In this document: positions 1-12,732 of the stretch, piece after piece
Layout: every line of letters starts with the position of its first letter
Numbering within the stretch: the first letter of the stretch is position 1
From: the human T2T-CHM13v2.0 reference genome, Homo sapiens
Assembly (NCBI RefSeq): GCF_009914755.1
Contig: NC_060930.1
DNA: 64,000 bases
Strand: one strand, 5' to 3'
Program-made: the position numbers and the translations under genes
Notes under the pieces: generated by a model
What the model was told of the DNA's origin: nothing
The model's database searches: none
What the model saw: only the letters and a program-made list of their open reading frames with translations

Positions 1-77
1 TGGTTTATTTCTTAGTTGAATCAAATCCTAAAGTCAACACCACAATACTCAACAGGATGCAACTCAATTTAATTTAA

Positions 78-371
<294 letters not shown>

Positions 372-503
372 TTTATTTTTTAAAAATAGAGACAGGGTCT
401 CACTATGTTGCCCAGGCTGGTCTTGAACTCCTGGGCTCAAGCAATCCTCCTGCCTCAACCTGCCAAAGCATTCAGATTACAGGGGTGAGCCACACACCTG
501 GCC
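372..503 (-). mobile_element. Alu left monomer (FLAM/AluJ)
   Basis: TAGAGACAGGGTCTCACTATGTTGCCCAGGCTGG...CCTGGCC. Confidence 0.9.
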
Positions 504-1245
504 ACAACTGAATTTTAAATGCTGCTACATGAATCCAGATACCATTTTTTGTTGTCAGTTTACGTGATAGGATTATTTAAATGCTTTGGCATTTTCTTTT
601 TCTTTCTTTCTTTCTTTCTTTTTTTTTTTACTAGTGATTTTACTCTAGAGTAAGATTCTGTTAATATCTAACCTGTAGCTCTGTCCTTTTTCCGCCATTT
701 GACAGATGGGCTGGTTTTTATCCTCTTTCTTTCATTTGGATCCTTATCTCTTAGCCTTTATTGCTGGAACTAGGGCAAATGTTTCCAAATGATGTAAATA
801 TATGAAAGGAAACACAGTGTTAACAATATAAAAGCAGTGACCAGACCTAATGTTGACCATATAGCAGATCTCCTGTCTTCTATTTAACAAATATAACCAA
901 GGGAAAATATGGCTCATGACATCTACTGTGTCAAACAAGAGAGAGGAGACAGTCTGGTTATTACATTAACTGTTACCATCTGCTTCACAGGGTAAACAAA
1001 AGCACTAATATTTAGAAGTAAATTGAGAAGAAAATGCCGACTTTCACCAGGCAGGGAGTTCTTGTTACTAGACAAAAAAGTCAGGGGAAAGACAGCAGCT
1101 AGGAGAGTGGGGAATGTGCGAGAGGTGGAGCACAGGAAACAGAGAAAATGATGCCTCTTCTTTCTTTTTGGAGCATGAAGCATTAGGCTACAGTGAAGGT
1201 GTAGAATGACACATCGATTTTTTTTGTGGGCTTATGAATGCCTGG

Positions 1246-1720
1246 CATTCATTCATTCATTTTTCTGCAAATGTTCATTGAGCACTCACCATCAGGCAAG
1301 TACTGTTCTAGGTGCTTAGGATACATCACTGACTATAACAAACAAGCATGCCTGCCCTTGTGGAGCTTACATTTTAGCAAGGGGAGGCACACAACATGCA
1401 CAATAAATAACTATATAGAAAGTCAGAAGTTGATAAACATTATGAAAAAGACAGATTAGAGCAGGGGATCAGGGTGTGAGGTTAGGTGCATGGTCAGAAT
1501 ATTATATTAAAGAAGGTGGCCAGGGTGTTTAAGTCTCTTTGAGAAGGAGGGATTAAGCAAGGATTTGAAGGAGGTAAGGAAATTCAGCCATTCCAGGCAG
1601 AGGGAACAGCTGATACAAAGGCCTCAGGCAGGGAGGGAAGCTAGAGTGGTCAAAGAACAGTAAGGAGGCTAGTATGGCTGGAGTGGAGTGAGAGAAGGGG
1701 GAGTAACAGGAGAGGAGGCA
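1246..1720 (-). mobile_element. L2 LINE 3' fragment
   Basis: CATTCATTCATTCA...ATTGAGCACTC...GTTCTAGGTGCT and CCAGGCAGAGGGAACAGC motifs. Confidence 0.75.
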
Positions 1721-2269
1721 GATCTAAGAATTGCATGAGGTTCTATGTATTCCCTCTCTGTCTCCTATTCCATCGTAACCTTCTCCCCCACATAAAGATG
1801 TGCTTCAACTTTTCTGGATAAAAAGGGACAGATTTAGTTGTCAGAGCCCTTTACCTTTGCCCATCTTGTCTTAGCACTGGCGATGTTGCTTTGACACATC
1901 TTGGAGGAGTTTCTCCCCTTAGGCTGCTAAGCTATCTACAGTCAGCACAGGGATTTCTTTAGATCCCATTGTCTACCTGCTCTGTGCCTCTGCATGCCTA
2001 AAATTCTGTGTTAGGAATGTGACTGATTGGAGCCCTGGAGATGAGGAATCTGCTGAGTTGTCTTTCTGGATGGATTTTTATATTATTTTCCCATAAGAGG
2101 CATGGATTTTATTTATTAATTTTTAAAATAGTTTTTGCACATTAAAGTAACACATACTTAAAAAAATTCAAACAGTACCAAAGTTATTAAATGAAAGTTG
2201 TCTCTTTACTCTAGAAGAAAATTTTTCTTTGTTTTTTCTTTTTCCATTAGAATACATTTTTTAAAAAAA

Positions 2270-3405
2270 TTTTTTATTTCAATAGGTTTTTGAGGAACAA
2301 GTGGTGTTTGTTTACATGGACAAGTTCTTTAGTGGTGATTTCCGAGATTTTGGTACACCTATCACCCAAGCAGTGTACACCGTACGTGATGTGTAGTTTT
2401 TTGTCCCTCACCCTCCTTCTGTCTTTTCCCCCCGAGTCCCCAAAGTCCATTGTATCATTCTTATGCCTTTGCGTCCTCATAGCTTGAGCTCCCACTTATA
2501 AGTGAGAACAAATGATATTTGGTTTTCCATTCCTGAGTTACTTCACTCAGAATAATGGTCTCCAATTCCATCCAGGTTGCTGCGAATGCCATTATTTCAT
2601 TCCTTTTTATGGCTGAGTAGTATTTCATGGTATATATATGTATTTATATATATATATGTATACCATATTTTCTTTATCCACTCATTGATTTATGGGCATT
2701 TGGGCTGGTTCCATATTTTTGCAATTGCGAATTGTACCGCTATAAACATGCATGTACCAGTATGTTTTTCGTATAATGACTTCTTTTCCTCCAGGTAGAT
2801 ACCCAGTAGTGGGATTGCTGGATCAAATAATAGTTCTACTTTTAGTTCTTTAAGGAATCTCCATGCTGTTTTCCATAGTGGTTGTGCTAGTTTACATTCC
2901 CACCAGCAGTGCAGAAGTATTTCGTTTTCACCACATCCCCGCCAACATCTACTATTTTTTGACCATGGTCATTCTTGCAGGAATAAAGTGGTATCACATT
3001 GTGGTTTTGATTTGCATTTCCCTGATAATTAGCAATGTTGAGCATTTTTTTCATATGTTTCTTGGCCATTTGTATATCTTCTTTTGAGAATTGTCTATTC
3101 GTGTCTTTAGCCCACTTTTGATGGGATTGTTTGTTTTTTTCTTGCTGATTTGTTTGAGATCCTTGTAGATTCTTTATATTAGTCCTGTATATTAGTCCTT
3201 TGTCAGATGTGTAGTTCGTGAAGATTTTCTCCCACTCTGTGGGTTGTCCGTTTACTCTGATGATTATTTCTTTTGCTGTGCAGAAGCTTTTTAGTTTAAT
3301 TAAGTCCCATCTATTTATCTTTGTTTTTGTTGCATTTGCTTTTGGGTTCTTGGTCATGAAGTCTTTGCCTAAGCCAATGTCTGCAAGGGTTTTTCTGACG
3401 TTACT
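2270..3405 (-). mobile_element. L1PB-type 5'-truncated LINE-1
   Basis: ORF 2887-3357 matches the L1 ORF2 C-terminus ([14 protein letters not shown]...PTEWEKIF); L1PB-like 3'UTR. Confidence 0.92.
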
Positions 3406-3589
3406 TTCTCGAAGAAAATTTCTTATGTAGTCTTCCCCAAACTTTCAATTATGTGTACATATATTTATTTACATGAAAAAGATCATACTATATGATGTTT
3501 GCAACTTATTTTTAAAGTTATTTCTTTCTCAGCACATGTACATATACCATGTTCATTTTAATTGGCACATGGAATAAAACACAACATAG

Positions 3590-3858
3590 ATAAATCATAA
3601 TCATTAGAGAAATACAAATTAAAACCACAGCATGATAGCCCTGCATACCTATTAGATGCATTATGAACAATGCTGCTATGAATGTGGATATACAAATCTG
3701 TCTTTGAGACTCTGCTTTTAGTTCTTTTGGGTAAATATCCAGAAGTAGAATTGCTGGATAATATAGTAATTCTATTTGTGATTTTTTGAGAAACAACCAT
3801 AATGTTTTCCATAGTAATTGCACAGTTTTTTTTATTACCTTCAACAGTACACAAGGGA
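3590..3858. mobile_element. Old L1M fragments in opposite orientations
   Basis: Sense ATCATTAGAGAAATACAAATTAAAACCAC followed by antisense AATGCTGCTATGAA...CCAGAAGTAGAATTGCTGGAT. Confidence 0.7.
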
Positions 3859-3867
3859 GTTTTAAAC

Positions 3868-4200
3868 TTTTTTATTATTTTGTTTTATTTTATTTTTTTG
3901 AGACTTTTTTTTTGACAGAGTCTCACTCTGTCACTCTGGCTGGAGTGTAGTGGTGACAGCCGGACTCACTGCAGCCTTGACTTGACTTCCTGGGCTCAGG
4001 TGATCCTCCTGCCTCAGCGTCCTGAGTAGCTGGGACTACAGATGCATGCCACCACACCCACAGCTAGTTTTTGTATTTTTTGTAGAGATGGGATTTCACC
4101 ATGTTGCCCAGGCTGGTTTTGAACTCCTGAGCTCAAGCAATCCACTCGCCTCAGCCTCCCAAAGTGTAGGGATTACAGGTGTTATCCACCATACCTGGCC
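3868..4200 (-). mobile_element. AluJ
   Basis: Diverged Alu dimer with CTCAAGCAATCC/GGGCTCAGGTGATCC features. Confidence 0.92.
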
Positions 4201-4656
4201 TTTTTTTAAATATTTTTGATACAAACTTTTATGAACACCTATTGGATCATTAGATACTACAAGATATAAAACTTAATTTATATAACTTAGTATAAATTTA
4301 CTATATATTATATTCCTGGAAAGAAACCTTGTATTGATTAAAAATAAATAGAATTTAAATATGTACTAAAATTTTTTTCCTATAAATATGGCATCTAGAA
4401 GGCCAAGTTGTGCAATGTTCAGGAAAAAAACATCCATACTGAAATGAATCAAAATTATGTGGGGCAGTTACGAGTTTGGCTGGAAAACACAGTACTTAAA
4501 CCACTGAACATGATTACGTGTCTAATGTTGACATTATTAGAATAGAACAATTACCAAATTCAGAGTTAACTAAAGAATCTGTTTTGAATTGTGAAGACAA
4601 AAGTGAAGAAAGGGAAATGTTAGACATTTCAAAAGCTTGAAATAAGTATGTGAGCA

Positions 4657-4945
<289 letters not shown>

Positions 4946-5937
4946 GGAAGCAAAATACCTTGATTTTTATTATATACCAGATGTAGCCGATTGTGAACAA
5001 GTATGTAACATTATTAAGTATGTTCACATTAAGAATGATGTTATATCAACAGAAAAAAGTTATACTGACTTTATTGAAATGTGAAAGAAAAAACTAGATA
5101 TGATCTACCTCGTGAAATTATTAATGAATTGGAAACAGATAATATTGACATAAAAATGCTAATTGCCTGGGAAATGATAATAGAGCAAATATGGCTTGTG
5201 TATACAAAGATGTGTGGCCATTATTTCCACCAAAAATGATTATGTCAAACATGTGAAGTACTCAGCTCATAGTCTTAGTTTAATACATGAAAACATTGCT
5301 TCTGTGAATAGAAATATGATAACCATTTTTAGTATTGTACAGAGGATATATACATTTTTTGGAGAATTCAATAGACAGATGTAATATTATATGTCTGTTC
5401 TAAGAATTACATCGTGGATACCTGATGGGCATCAAGATTAAATGGAATCAAGACATTTTGTATGCAAATTAAAGACACTTATCAAATATTAAAAGATGTA
5501 ATATCAAATGACAGAATACATGATTCTATAATTGAAAGTATCTTGGTGCAATAGATTATACATTTTAATGAAACATCTGTATGGAATAATGTTTTAAGCT
5601 AGTGGAAAAAATTAATAAAGCTCTATTTTTTAAAAAAAATTATATAAAGTTATATGCTTAATAGAAGACCTATCTCTTTGCTTATAATAAATAAGAAAAA
5701 ATACTTTGAAAAAATATTTGATTAATAAAAAGGTCTTAGCAAGAGATGAATATACCTCCAAAATTTGTAAATGAATGAAAAAGAAAAAATTTAAAAATTG
5801 GCAATCTGTAAATCACTGCATGGAGATATTATTACGGGAAAAGTGCACGTCAAACAAAATTCTGGAGACTATAGCTATCTTAATTTCACATTTAAATGAA
5901 AATGTGAAAAAGCAGGTAAAGCATCTTAATATTTTGA

Positions 5938-6148
5938 TTTTTTTTTTTTTTTTGAGACAGGGTCTCACTCTGTTGCTCAGGCTGGAGTGCACGATTTTGG
6001 CTCACTGCAGCCTCTGCCTCCTGGGTTCAAGTGATTCTCCCACCTCAGCCTCCTTAGTTAGCTGGGATTACAGGCCTGTGCCACCATGCCTAACTAATTT
6101 TTGTATTTTTTGGTAGAGACAGGGTTTCACCACATTGACCAGGCTGGA
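5938..6148 (-). mobile_element. Truncated Alu
   Basis: Poly-T, right arm and part of left arm. Confidence 0.9.
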
Positions 6149-6725
6149 ACATTTTGAATTTGTAACAAAAAAAAAGTTATTTTCTATGATTACATTTGAT
6201 GTACAAAAGGCAGTCACCCACTTGACTCTTAAACATTCTGACAACTTAAGGTCTGTAGAAATTTCATCCAAAATAGTTTTAAGCAGTGTACAATTTCAAT
6301 GATTTGTAATATAAAATCAGTATAAGGTTCAGATTTTCTGAAACGGACGCAAGTATTTTACTTGGTGCAATCTTATCCAAATTTGGAAGTGGCCTTGAGA
6401 ATTTTTTTTAACAGCAATCACAGTGGTGCCCCATAAAATAATGTAAGATAAGCAAAAAAGTAGATTTTGAAAATATTATGGATGAGTTTGCTTCCATTAA
6501 ATCCAGGAAAGTAAGATTATAATGAATTGTTTTGTTGTAAATAAAATCTTTACACTGAACATAGTATTGTGGGTTTTAATAATAGGTATTTTTAAAATTT
6601 TTCAATATTTTTATTATTTTAGTGTTTAAATATCCACAAAATACATAAAAAACATATATAGAGGGGTGCAATTTTTGTTTTCTGTTTTTCTGCTTCGGGC
6701 TCCAATATGGCTCAGCGTGGCATCT

Positions 6726-7100
6726 CAATGGATTACAGTAATAAAAAGGAACGAACTCCTGAAGCATGCCACAGCATTGATAAATCTCAAATGCATTGTG
6801 TGAAGTACGAGAAGCCGACTCAAAAGGCAGCACTCTATATGATTCCATTTGACCTTCCAGAGTAGGAATAATGATAGGAATGACCTTCTAGAGTAGGAAT
6901 AATGATAGGAACAGAATACAGATGTTTGGTTACCAGGGACTGGGGCAGGGGTTGTGGGAGTGGTACAGAAAGGATTGGCTACTTAGAGGAAGGGGAGGAT
7001 TTTTGAGATAGATAGAACTGTTCGATATCTTGATTGTGATTGTGGTTACACAATTGTATGTTTTTGGAAAACCTCATAGGATTCTACATTAAGAAGAATC
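6726..7100 (+). mobile_element. L1ME/L1MB-type 3' fragment
   Basis: AATAAAAAGGAACGAACTCCTG...ATGATTCCATTT...GGTTACCAGGGACTGGGG...TATCTTGATTGTG. Confidence 0.75.
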
Positions 7101-7823
7101 AGTATTTCTATTTCTCTGTAGGTACCGTCGTGAGCCTTAGATAATTTTATAGCAGGGTAGCATACACAAATTTTTGTTTGGAGAAGATTGCTTTGGCTAT
7201 GTAAGAAACACAAATTGAGTCTAGGATAATAGCCCTTGTACAAATTGTTGACTCTCTGAAGTTCTCTTTTGTCCTTGGTTATTTTGGAGTTCTCCAATTT
7301 GCTCTACATTTATGGCCTATTATTTAGCTAACATCTTGTTTGTTTGGGGGGCCTAAATGTTCCTTGCAAGTAATAGGCCCAGGATGTTAACTGGTTTCTC
7401 CAGAATTGCCTAACTCCACTTGAGGCTGAGAGTTCAAGAGTCTCTTGAAAACACATGTTTTCTCAAGGTTGGGCTTAATCACCTTTTAATAAAATCTTGG
7501 CTTGGAGACAACCATGTTCAGGGTGCATGTCAGAGCAAAGGTTTCTAGTCTTTGGAGGTTTTCACCCACACCTCAATTATATTCTTCATTATCCTCTTGG
7601 CAAGCTGGCTAGATTTCTAAATCACATGGAGTTCCCCTAAGAGTTTGTATATCCTGAGATGTACACTTGGGAAGTGACTAACTTCCAAAAGTGACACTTC
7701 CCAAGTGACTGACAATAGTAAGCTTTTATTATTTTATGTTTCCATAGTCCATTTCACATATACATTATAGCTATCCTTTTATAAAGGATTTTGAAAGTTT
7801 AGAGTTGTAAGAAGCTTTAGCAT

Positions 7824-7991
7824 CTTGCTACTCAAAATGTGGTCCACCAGTCAGCATCTGTATCACCTGAAAGCTTGGGAGAGACGCAGAATCTCTGGCC
7901 TGACACCAGGCCTACTAAGTCAGAATGCATATTAAAAACTCCCCGCCCCCAACCGATAATCTGCAGGCACATGAAAATTTGAGAAGCACTG
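7824..7991. mobile_element. MER5A (hAT-Charlie MITE)
   Basis: CTACTCAAAATGTGGTCC...GCAGAATCTC...AAAATTTGAGAAGCACTG. Confidence 0.85.
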
Positions 7992-8739
7992 ATGTAGTTA
8001 TTGTCTGACTTAATCACTTACCTGGGGCTTGCACAGCAACCCTGCAGAGCTCTCCCACAGCAACCCCGCAGAGTTGAAGTATGGTTAGTTTATTGTATTT
8101 TTGTACCTTACAATACTATATTATACAGTATTTGTATAATACAGTGCTTGTACAGTATAACATGAATATTGAAAAGATAATACATGGAACCTTTTGGTTA
8201 TCATATTTATCATATAAATAAATGTGTTTAGCTGAAATTTGATAAGCACACAAAACATTCCTAGGGAACTGTTAAATATCATTTGCATTGCAAAGCTGAG
8301 AAAAGTATCTGCTTAGATATTTTCAGGCAGAGGATCATCTCAGAGTAACAAACAAGAGCAAAGATGTTTTGTGCAGCTGCTTTACCTTCTACCCTTGTGA
8401 TATCCTGCAGCAAGGATGCCCCTGAGAGGGCAAATACTAATATTAAATCATACTGGTCAGTGATATTTTGGGGATGAATCCTGGGACTAACTCAGCATTC
8501 AAATGTACATAGTGTTTAGAATTTAGGAAGAATTTTTGATGTCTTCATGCTGAGTGACTAATTTATAAAAATGGTTTAAATTAGTCAAATTTAAGCAACA
8601 TACTTATCTGATATTATCCCCGATTCTTAAAGTTTCAGGATTTCTTTTTTCATTTCTGCCTGCATTCATTTAGTTGTTTATATGATTCCCCTAAACTTTC
8701 TGCCAAATTGTATATTTACATTGAAGTCATCTTTCTAAC

Positions 8740-9058
8740 CACAGTTCTTCAATTCCCTATTTAAACCATTGGGTTTAGAGGTGTTTGAGAATTCAGAACT
8801 TTTCAAAGTTAGAAGATCTTATTTATTATGTAATATCCCAAGTAGGGTCTGGGGCAGTACTCTTTAATCAAACATGAATATTTCTGCAACATATAAACAA
8901 TTTACACTAAATCATATGAACGAAGACTTCAAATAGCCTCTCCTTGGGTCACATCAGGTTTTTGTCACAAAATCAGTTACATAAACTTTTCTGTTTTCAT
9001 AGTTTTCTTTATTTTGTTTTTATATTTTGCAATTGTGGATTTAAAAAGATGGACCTGT
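8740..9058 (-). mobile_element. MER46C-like Tigger non-autonomous element
   Basis: GGGTCTGGGGCAG...TAATCAAACA...ATCAGGTTTTTGTCAC...GGACCTG. Confidence 0.6.
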
Positions 9059-9229
9059 GTACAATAACAATATGAGAAGAAATTTTAGAAGTTCTTTAGT
9101 TTACCTTTTTTCTCAAAGTAGTAGTAAGGACAGCAAAAATTAATGTGAATGGGTATTTATCCAAAACTAAAATTTTTCAGTATTCCATAACTTTCTCAAT
9201 ATTTAACAAATAATACAGTCATAATATCA

Positions 9230-9699
9230 TGTGAGGCTGAGGCTATCCTTATATCTGCTCATGCCAATTCTCATCCCCTTTCTTTCTAAAAAATAAAGGC
9301 TAAACTAAAAATATTTGCTTCACCACAGTGTTGTGCAGCTGGAGGGGCCGTATGATTCAGGAGTATGATCCCATGAGATAGAAATAGAGGGTTTCTGTGA
9401 AAGCTTTTGGTTTCCTAACACAGGTCTCTCCCCTTCCCAACTCCCGCTTTCTTCTTCTCCCTGTCTTGAATACAGATGTAATACCTGGAGATGCAGCAGC
9501 TATCTTGCAACAAAGAAGTAATAAGCATTAAGACAAAAGCCTCACTCTAAGGGTGGTGGAGGTAAAAAAACAGAAACAGCAGCCTGTTGAACCTCCTTGG
9601 ACTGCCCCAGACTTCTTGTTTCGTGGGGCAAACTTACTGTTTAAGCCACTGTTTTTGAGTTTCTGTTATTTGTAGCTAAACATATTCCTAAATGCTATA
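9230..9699 (+). mobile_element. MLT1J/K-type ERVL-MaLR LTR
   Basis: CCTGGAGATGCAGCAGCTATCTTG...AGACTTCTTG...GTTTAAGCCACTG...TTTCTGTTATTTGTAGC. Confidence 0.75.
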
Positions 9700-9711
9700 G
9701 TATGTCACTAC

Positions 9712-9915
<204 letters not shown>

Positions 9916-9938
9916 AGTGTTCCAAACTTGTGTGAGAG

Positions 9939-10610
9939 TGTAACCACCCAATAGTTTCTTCCTGCCCACTGCACAGACAAAATCAATCCACCAAGGCCAA
10001 GTCATTGCAATAAAATTTAATTGACACGAGGCCAGCCATGCCACGTGGGAGATGGAGTTATTACTCAAATCAATCTCCCTGAAAATTTGGAGGCTAGAGT
10101 TTTTCAAGGGTGGTTTGGGGAGCCAGGGAGTCTGCTTCTGGGTAGGGCCACAGGACTGGCTAGTGGGGTTTGGCAGGCCTGGGTGGAGACGTTGGTTCAT
10201 TGGTCGTCAGAAATGCAGAAACCTGAAAAGACATCTCAAAAGGCCAATCTTAGGTTCTATAATAGTGATGTTATCGGCGGGAGTAATTAGGGGAGTTGCA
10301 ATTTTTGAGACCTCCAGACTAATGGCTGGTAATCGTTTAAGTCTACACCTTAGCAGAATTCAGGCTCCTCTCATCCTAATAACCTGGTGGATGGATTAGC
10401 TTTCCTTAGCTTTACAAAGTGGTATAATTTTGGGGAAGCACTATTACCATTTAAACTCTAAACTAAATGTCTCCCAAAGTTATCTTGGCATAAGCCCAGG
10501 AATAATTAAGGCCAATTTGGAGGTTAAAGGCTAGATGGGGCTTGGTTAGTTCAGATCTCATTCACTGTAATAATTTCCTGATTGTTATAATTTTTGCAAA
10601 AGTGATCTCA
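9939..10610 (-). mobile_element. LTR8-family (ERV1) solo LTR
   Basis: TG...CA termini (TGTAACCACCCAAT...GATCTCA) flanked by 4-bp TSD AGAG (9935-9938, 10611-10614). Confidence 0.85.
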
Positions 10611-10693
10611 AGAGAAGGAAACTATGTATATGCATATGCATTTTTGTGTATATGAGTAAATATTTCTGTAGAGATGAACAAAAAGGTGATACC

Positions 10694-10905
10694 TAGCCTG
10701 GGCAGCAAAGTGAGACTCTGTCCAAATAAAAAAGTTAAAAATTAGCTGGTTGTGGTAGTGTGTACCTGCAGTCCCTGCTACTCAGGAGGCTGAGGCAATA
10801 GGATGGCTTGAGCCCAGGAGTGTGAGGCTGCAGTGAGCTATGATTGCACCGCTGCACTCCAGCCTGGGCAACAGGGAGAAACCCCATCTAAAAAAAAAAA
10901 AAGAA
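10694..10905 (+). mobile_element. AluJ, 5'-truncated
   Basis: AGCCTGGGCAGCAAAGTGAGAC...GCACTCCAGCCTGGGC with A tail. Confidence 0.88.
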
Positions 10906-11699
10906 AGGTAGTATCATTGGTTGCCTTTGGGTAGAGAAAACAGGTGGCTGAGGATCAGAGCCAGGAGTGAGGCATGGCTTTTGTACATTTTAAATGTATT
11001 TTTAAAAATTAAATATATGTATCTTACTGTATGATTTAAATTATATACATTTCAAGAACAGACAAAATGAATTACGGTGATTGAGGTCAGAATACTATTA
11101 ACTCTATGGGGAGATATTTACTGGAAAGTGGCATGAGGCGGTCTTCTCCAGCTAAGAGATCAGAGATATCCTCTATCTTGAATTAGATGGTGGTAACATA
11201 GGTACATGTATATGGAAAAAAAACATCAACTCCATACTACTATTTGTGCACTTGATGTACCTCAGTACAGTTTTAGAGCATATACTTTGAATAATAAGAA
11301 AGAAAATTAAGATAATTATTAATATTCTGTGGGCTTCTTGTTCACTATCATCTTAGTTCAAATTTCAACAATTTCCCTAATTTAAAGTTTTTTTAAAAGA
11401 GTTTTCATGTGAGAATGTGTATGTATACATATGAATGTCAATGCAGAGGGGATTTGTGGCCAATCTGTGGGTTATTTCCTATATAAAATAACCCTTCATT
11501 GACCTCACTTCATTGTCCAGTTATCACCCCAGTTTTTTACAGTCACGCTTTTTCAGCACTGCTGTGTGTAGGTGGGTATATGTGCCTAAACTCAGGACTA
11601 GTATACACCCAGGTATGAATAGATCAAGTCACATACTTAAGGATTTGATGTTGGAGTTTGCTTCTATAGCAAATGAATTTCTAAATATTAGCTCAGTGC

Positions 11700-12310
11700 A
11701 GCTTTGATGAGTGCACGATGAATCAGCAAAAGCTTAAATAAGGGAGTGTGCACCAATGACAAATTCCCTTTGCAAGGGAACTTTGATCTCTACTGGATGA
11801 CTACCTGCTTCTGCTGTGCACTCGCTCTCTCCCTCTTTGCTTCTAGCATAACAAATACGTTCCCCTGCATTGAACGTGTTTTCCTAACAACAGTGGCGAG
11901 ATGTGACAAGGAAACTTGTTTGGAGCAACGTCTGAGTCACAATAGAATTAGTATCAGGTACAAATGACCACAAAGTACAGGTGCTGAGTCACAGTGATTT
12001 GGGATTCTCTAGTAAAAAGGACATGTGGAGAACTTAACTTTTATTTCCTCTCTTTTGCTGGTGTAAGTTTGGAGGTATCGTCACACAATCACCTTTCATT
12101 CACTAACGCTCACATTTTAGGTGCTTTTCCTTCTTACATAATAAAATAGCAAAGCACATAGGCCTGGGGTCCCTGGGGAAAGCCAAGTCTGCCTGGCTGC
12201 CTTGAGAACTCTGGACTGGATTTGACATGGAGGAGTTGGGGATTGTTGCTCAGGGATCAGAACAGTGAAACTCAGGTTAATGAGTAAAGAGTGAGAATAT
12301 GTGTTTATAT
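11700..12310. promoter_or_regulatory. Candidate enhancer with ARE/AP-1, TCF/LEF, HNF1 and FOX motifs
   Basis: TGCTGAGTCAC 11982-11992, TGAGTCA 11933-11939, ATGAATCAGCAAAA 11718-11731, CTTTGAT 11702 and 11781, GGTTAATGAGTAAA 12275-12288, TGTTTAT 12302. Confidence 0.55.
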
Positions 12311-12732
12311 GTTTCTTAATCCCATCTACTAGGTGATTACAAAACTCATTCAAAGTTGAACACAGTAGAGGTATTTCAAGTTGCTTTAGAGAGAGAATTA
12401 CACACACAAAAAAAATCTTTAGGAGCCAGACAACCACTGTGGACACCAATAAGAGAGCTCCAACATTGGTGAGGTATAGACCCGTCAAAGTTGTTGGTAA
12501 TAACAGCAAGGTCCATCTGGCAAGATTGGTCACCTGTGGTGGAAGTGGTGGTGACAGCAGGGATGCAACTGCAGCAATCAATGATGATGATCTCACTAGG
12601 GTGGGGAGGTGTTAAAGGCATCTTCACAGCAGCACAGTGCCCAGAATGCCAAAGAGCAGCAGGATGGATCCAGCATCCTCTCCTGATAAAAGAGGGCTAG
12701 AAGACGGGAGGCTCCGGGAAGTCTACTGGGTG

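Noticed and set aside
970-1095. Good minus-strand acceptor (TTTTTTGTCTAG at 1068) as an exon of a leftward transcript
   Set aside because: No unambiguous partner donor; a single splice-like motif is insufficient.
2887-3357. 156-aa ORF
   Set aside because: Dead L1 ORF2 C-terminal fragment with frameshift.
12117-12596. 159-aa hydrophobic minus-strand ORF next to the LTR
   Set aside because: Non-ATG start, no recognisable family, and no supported exon boundaries.
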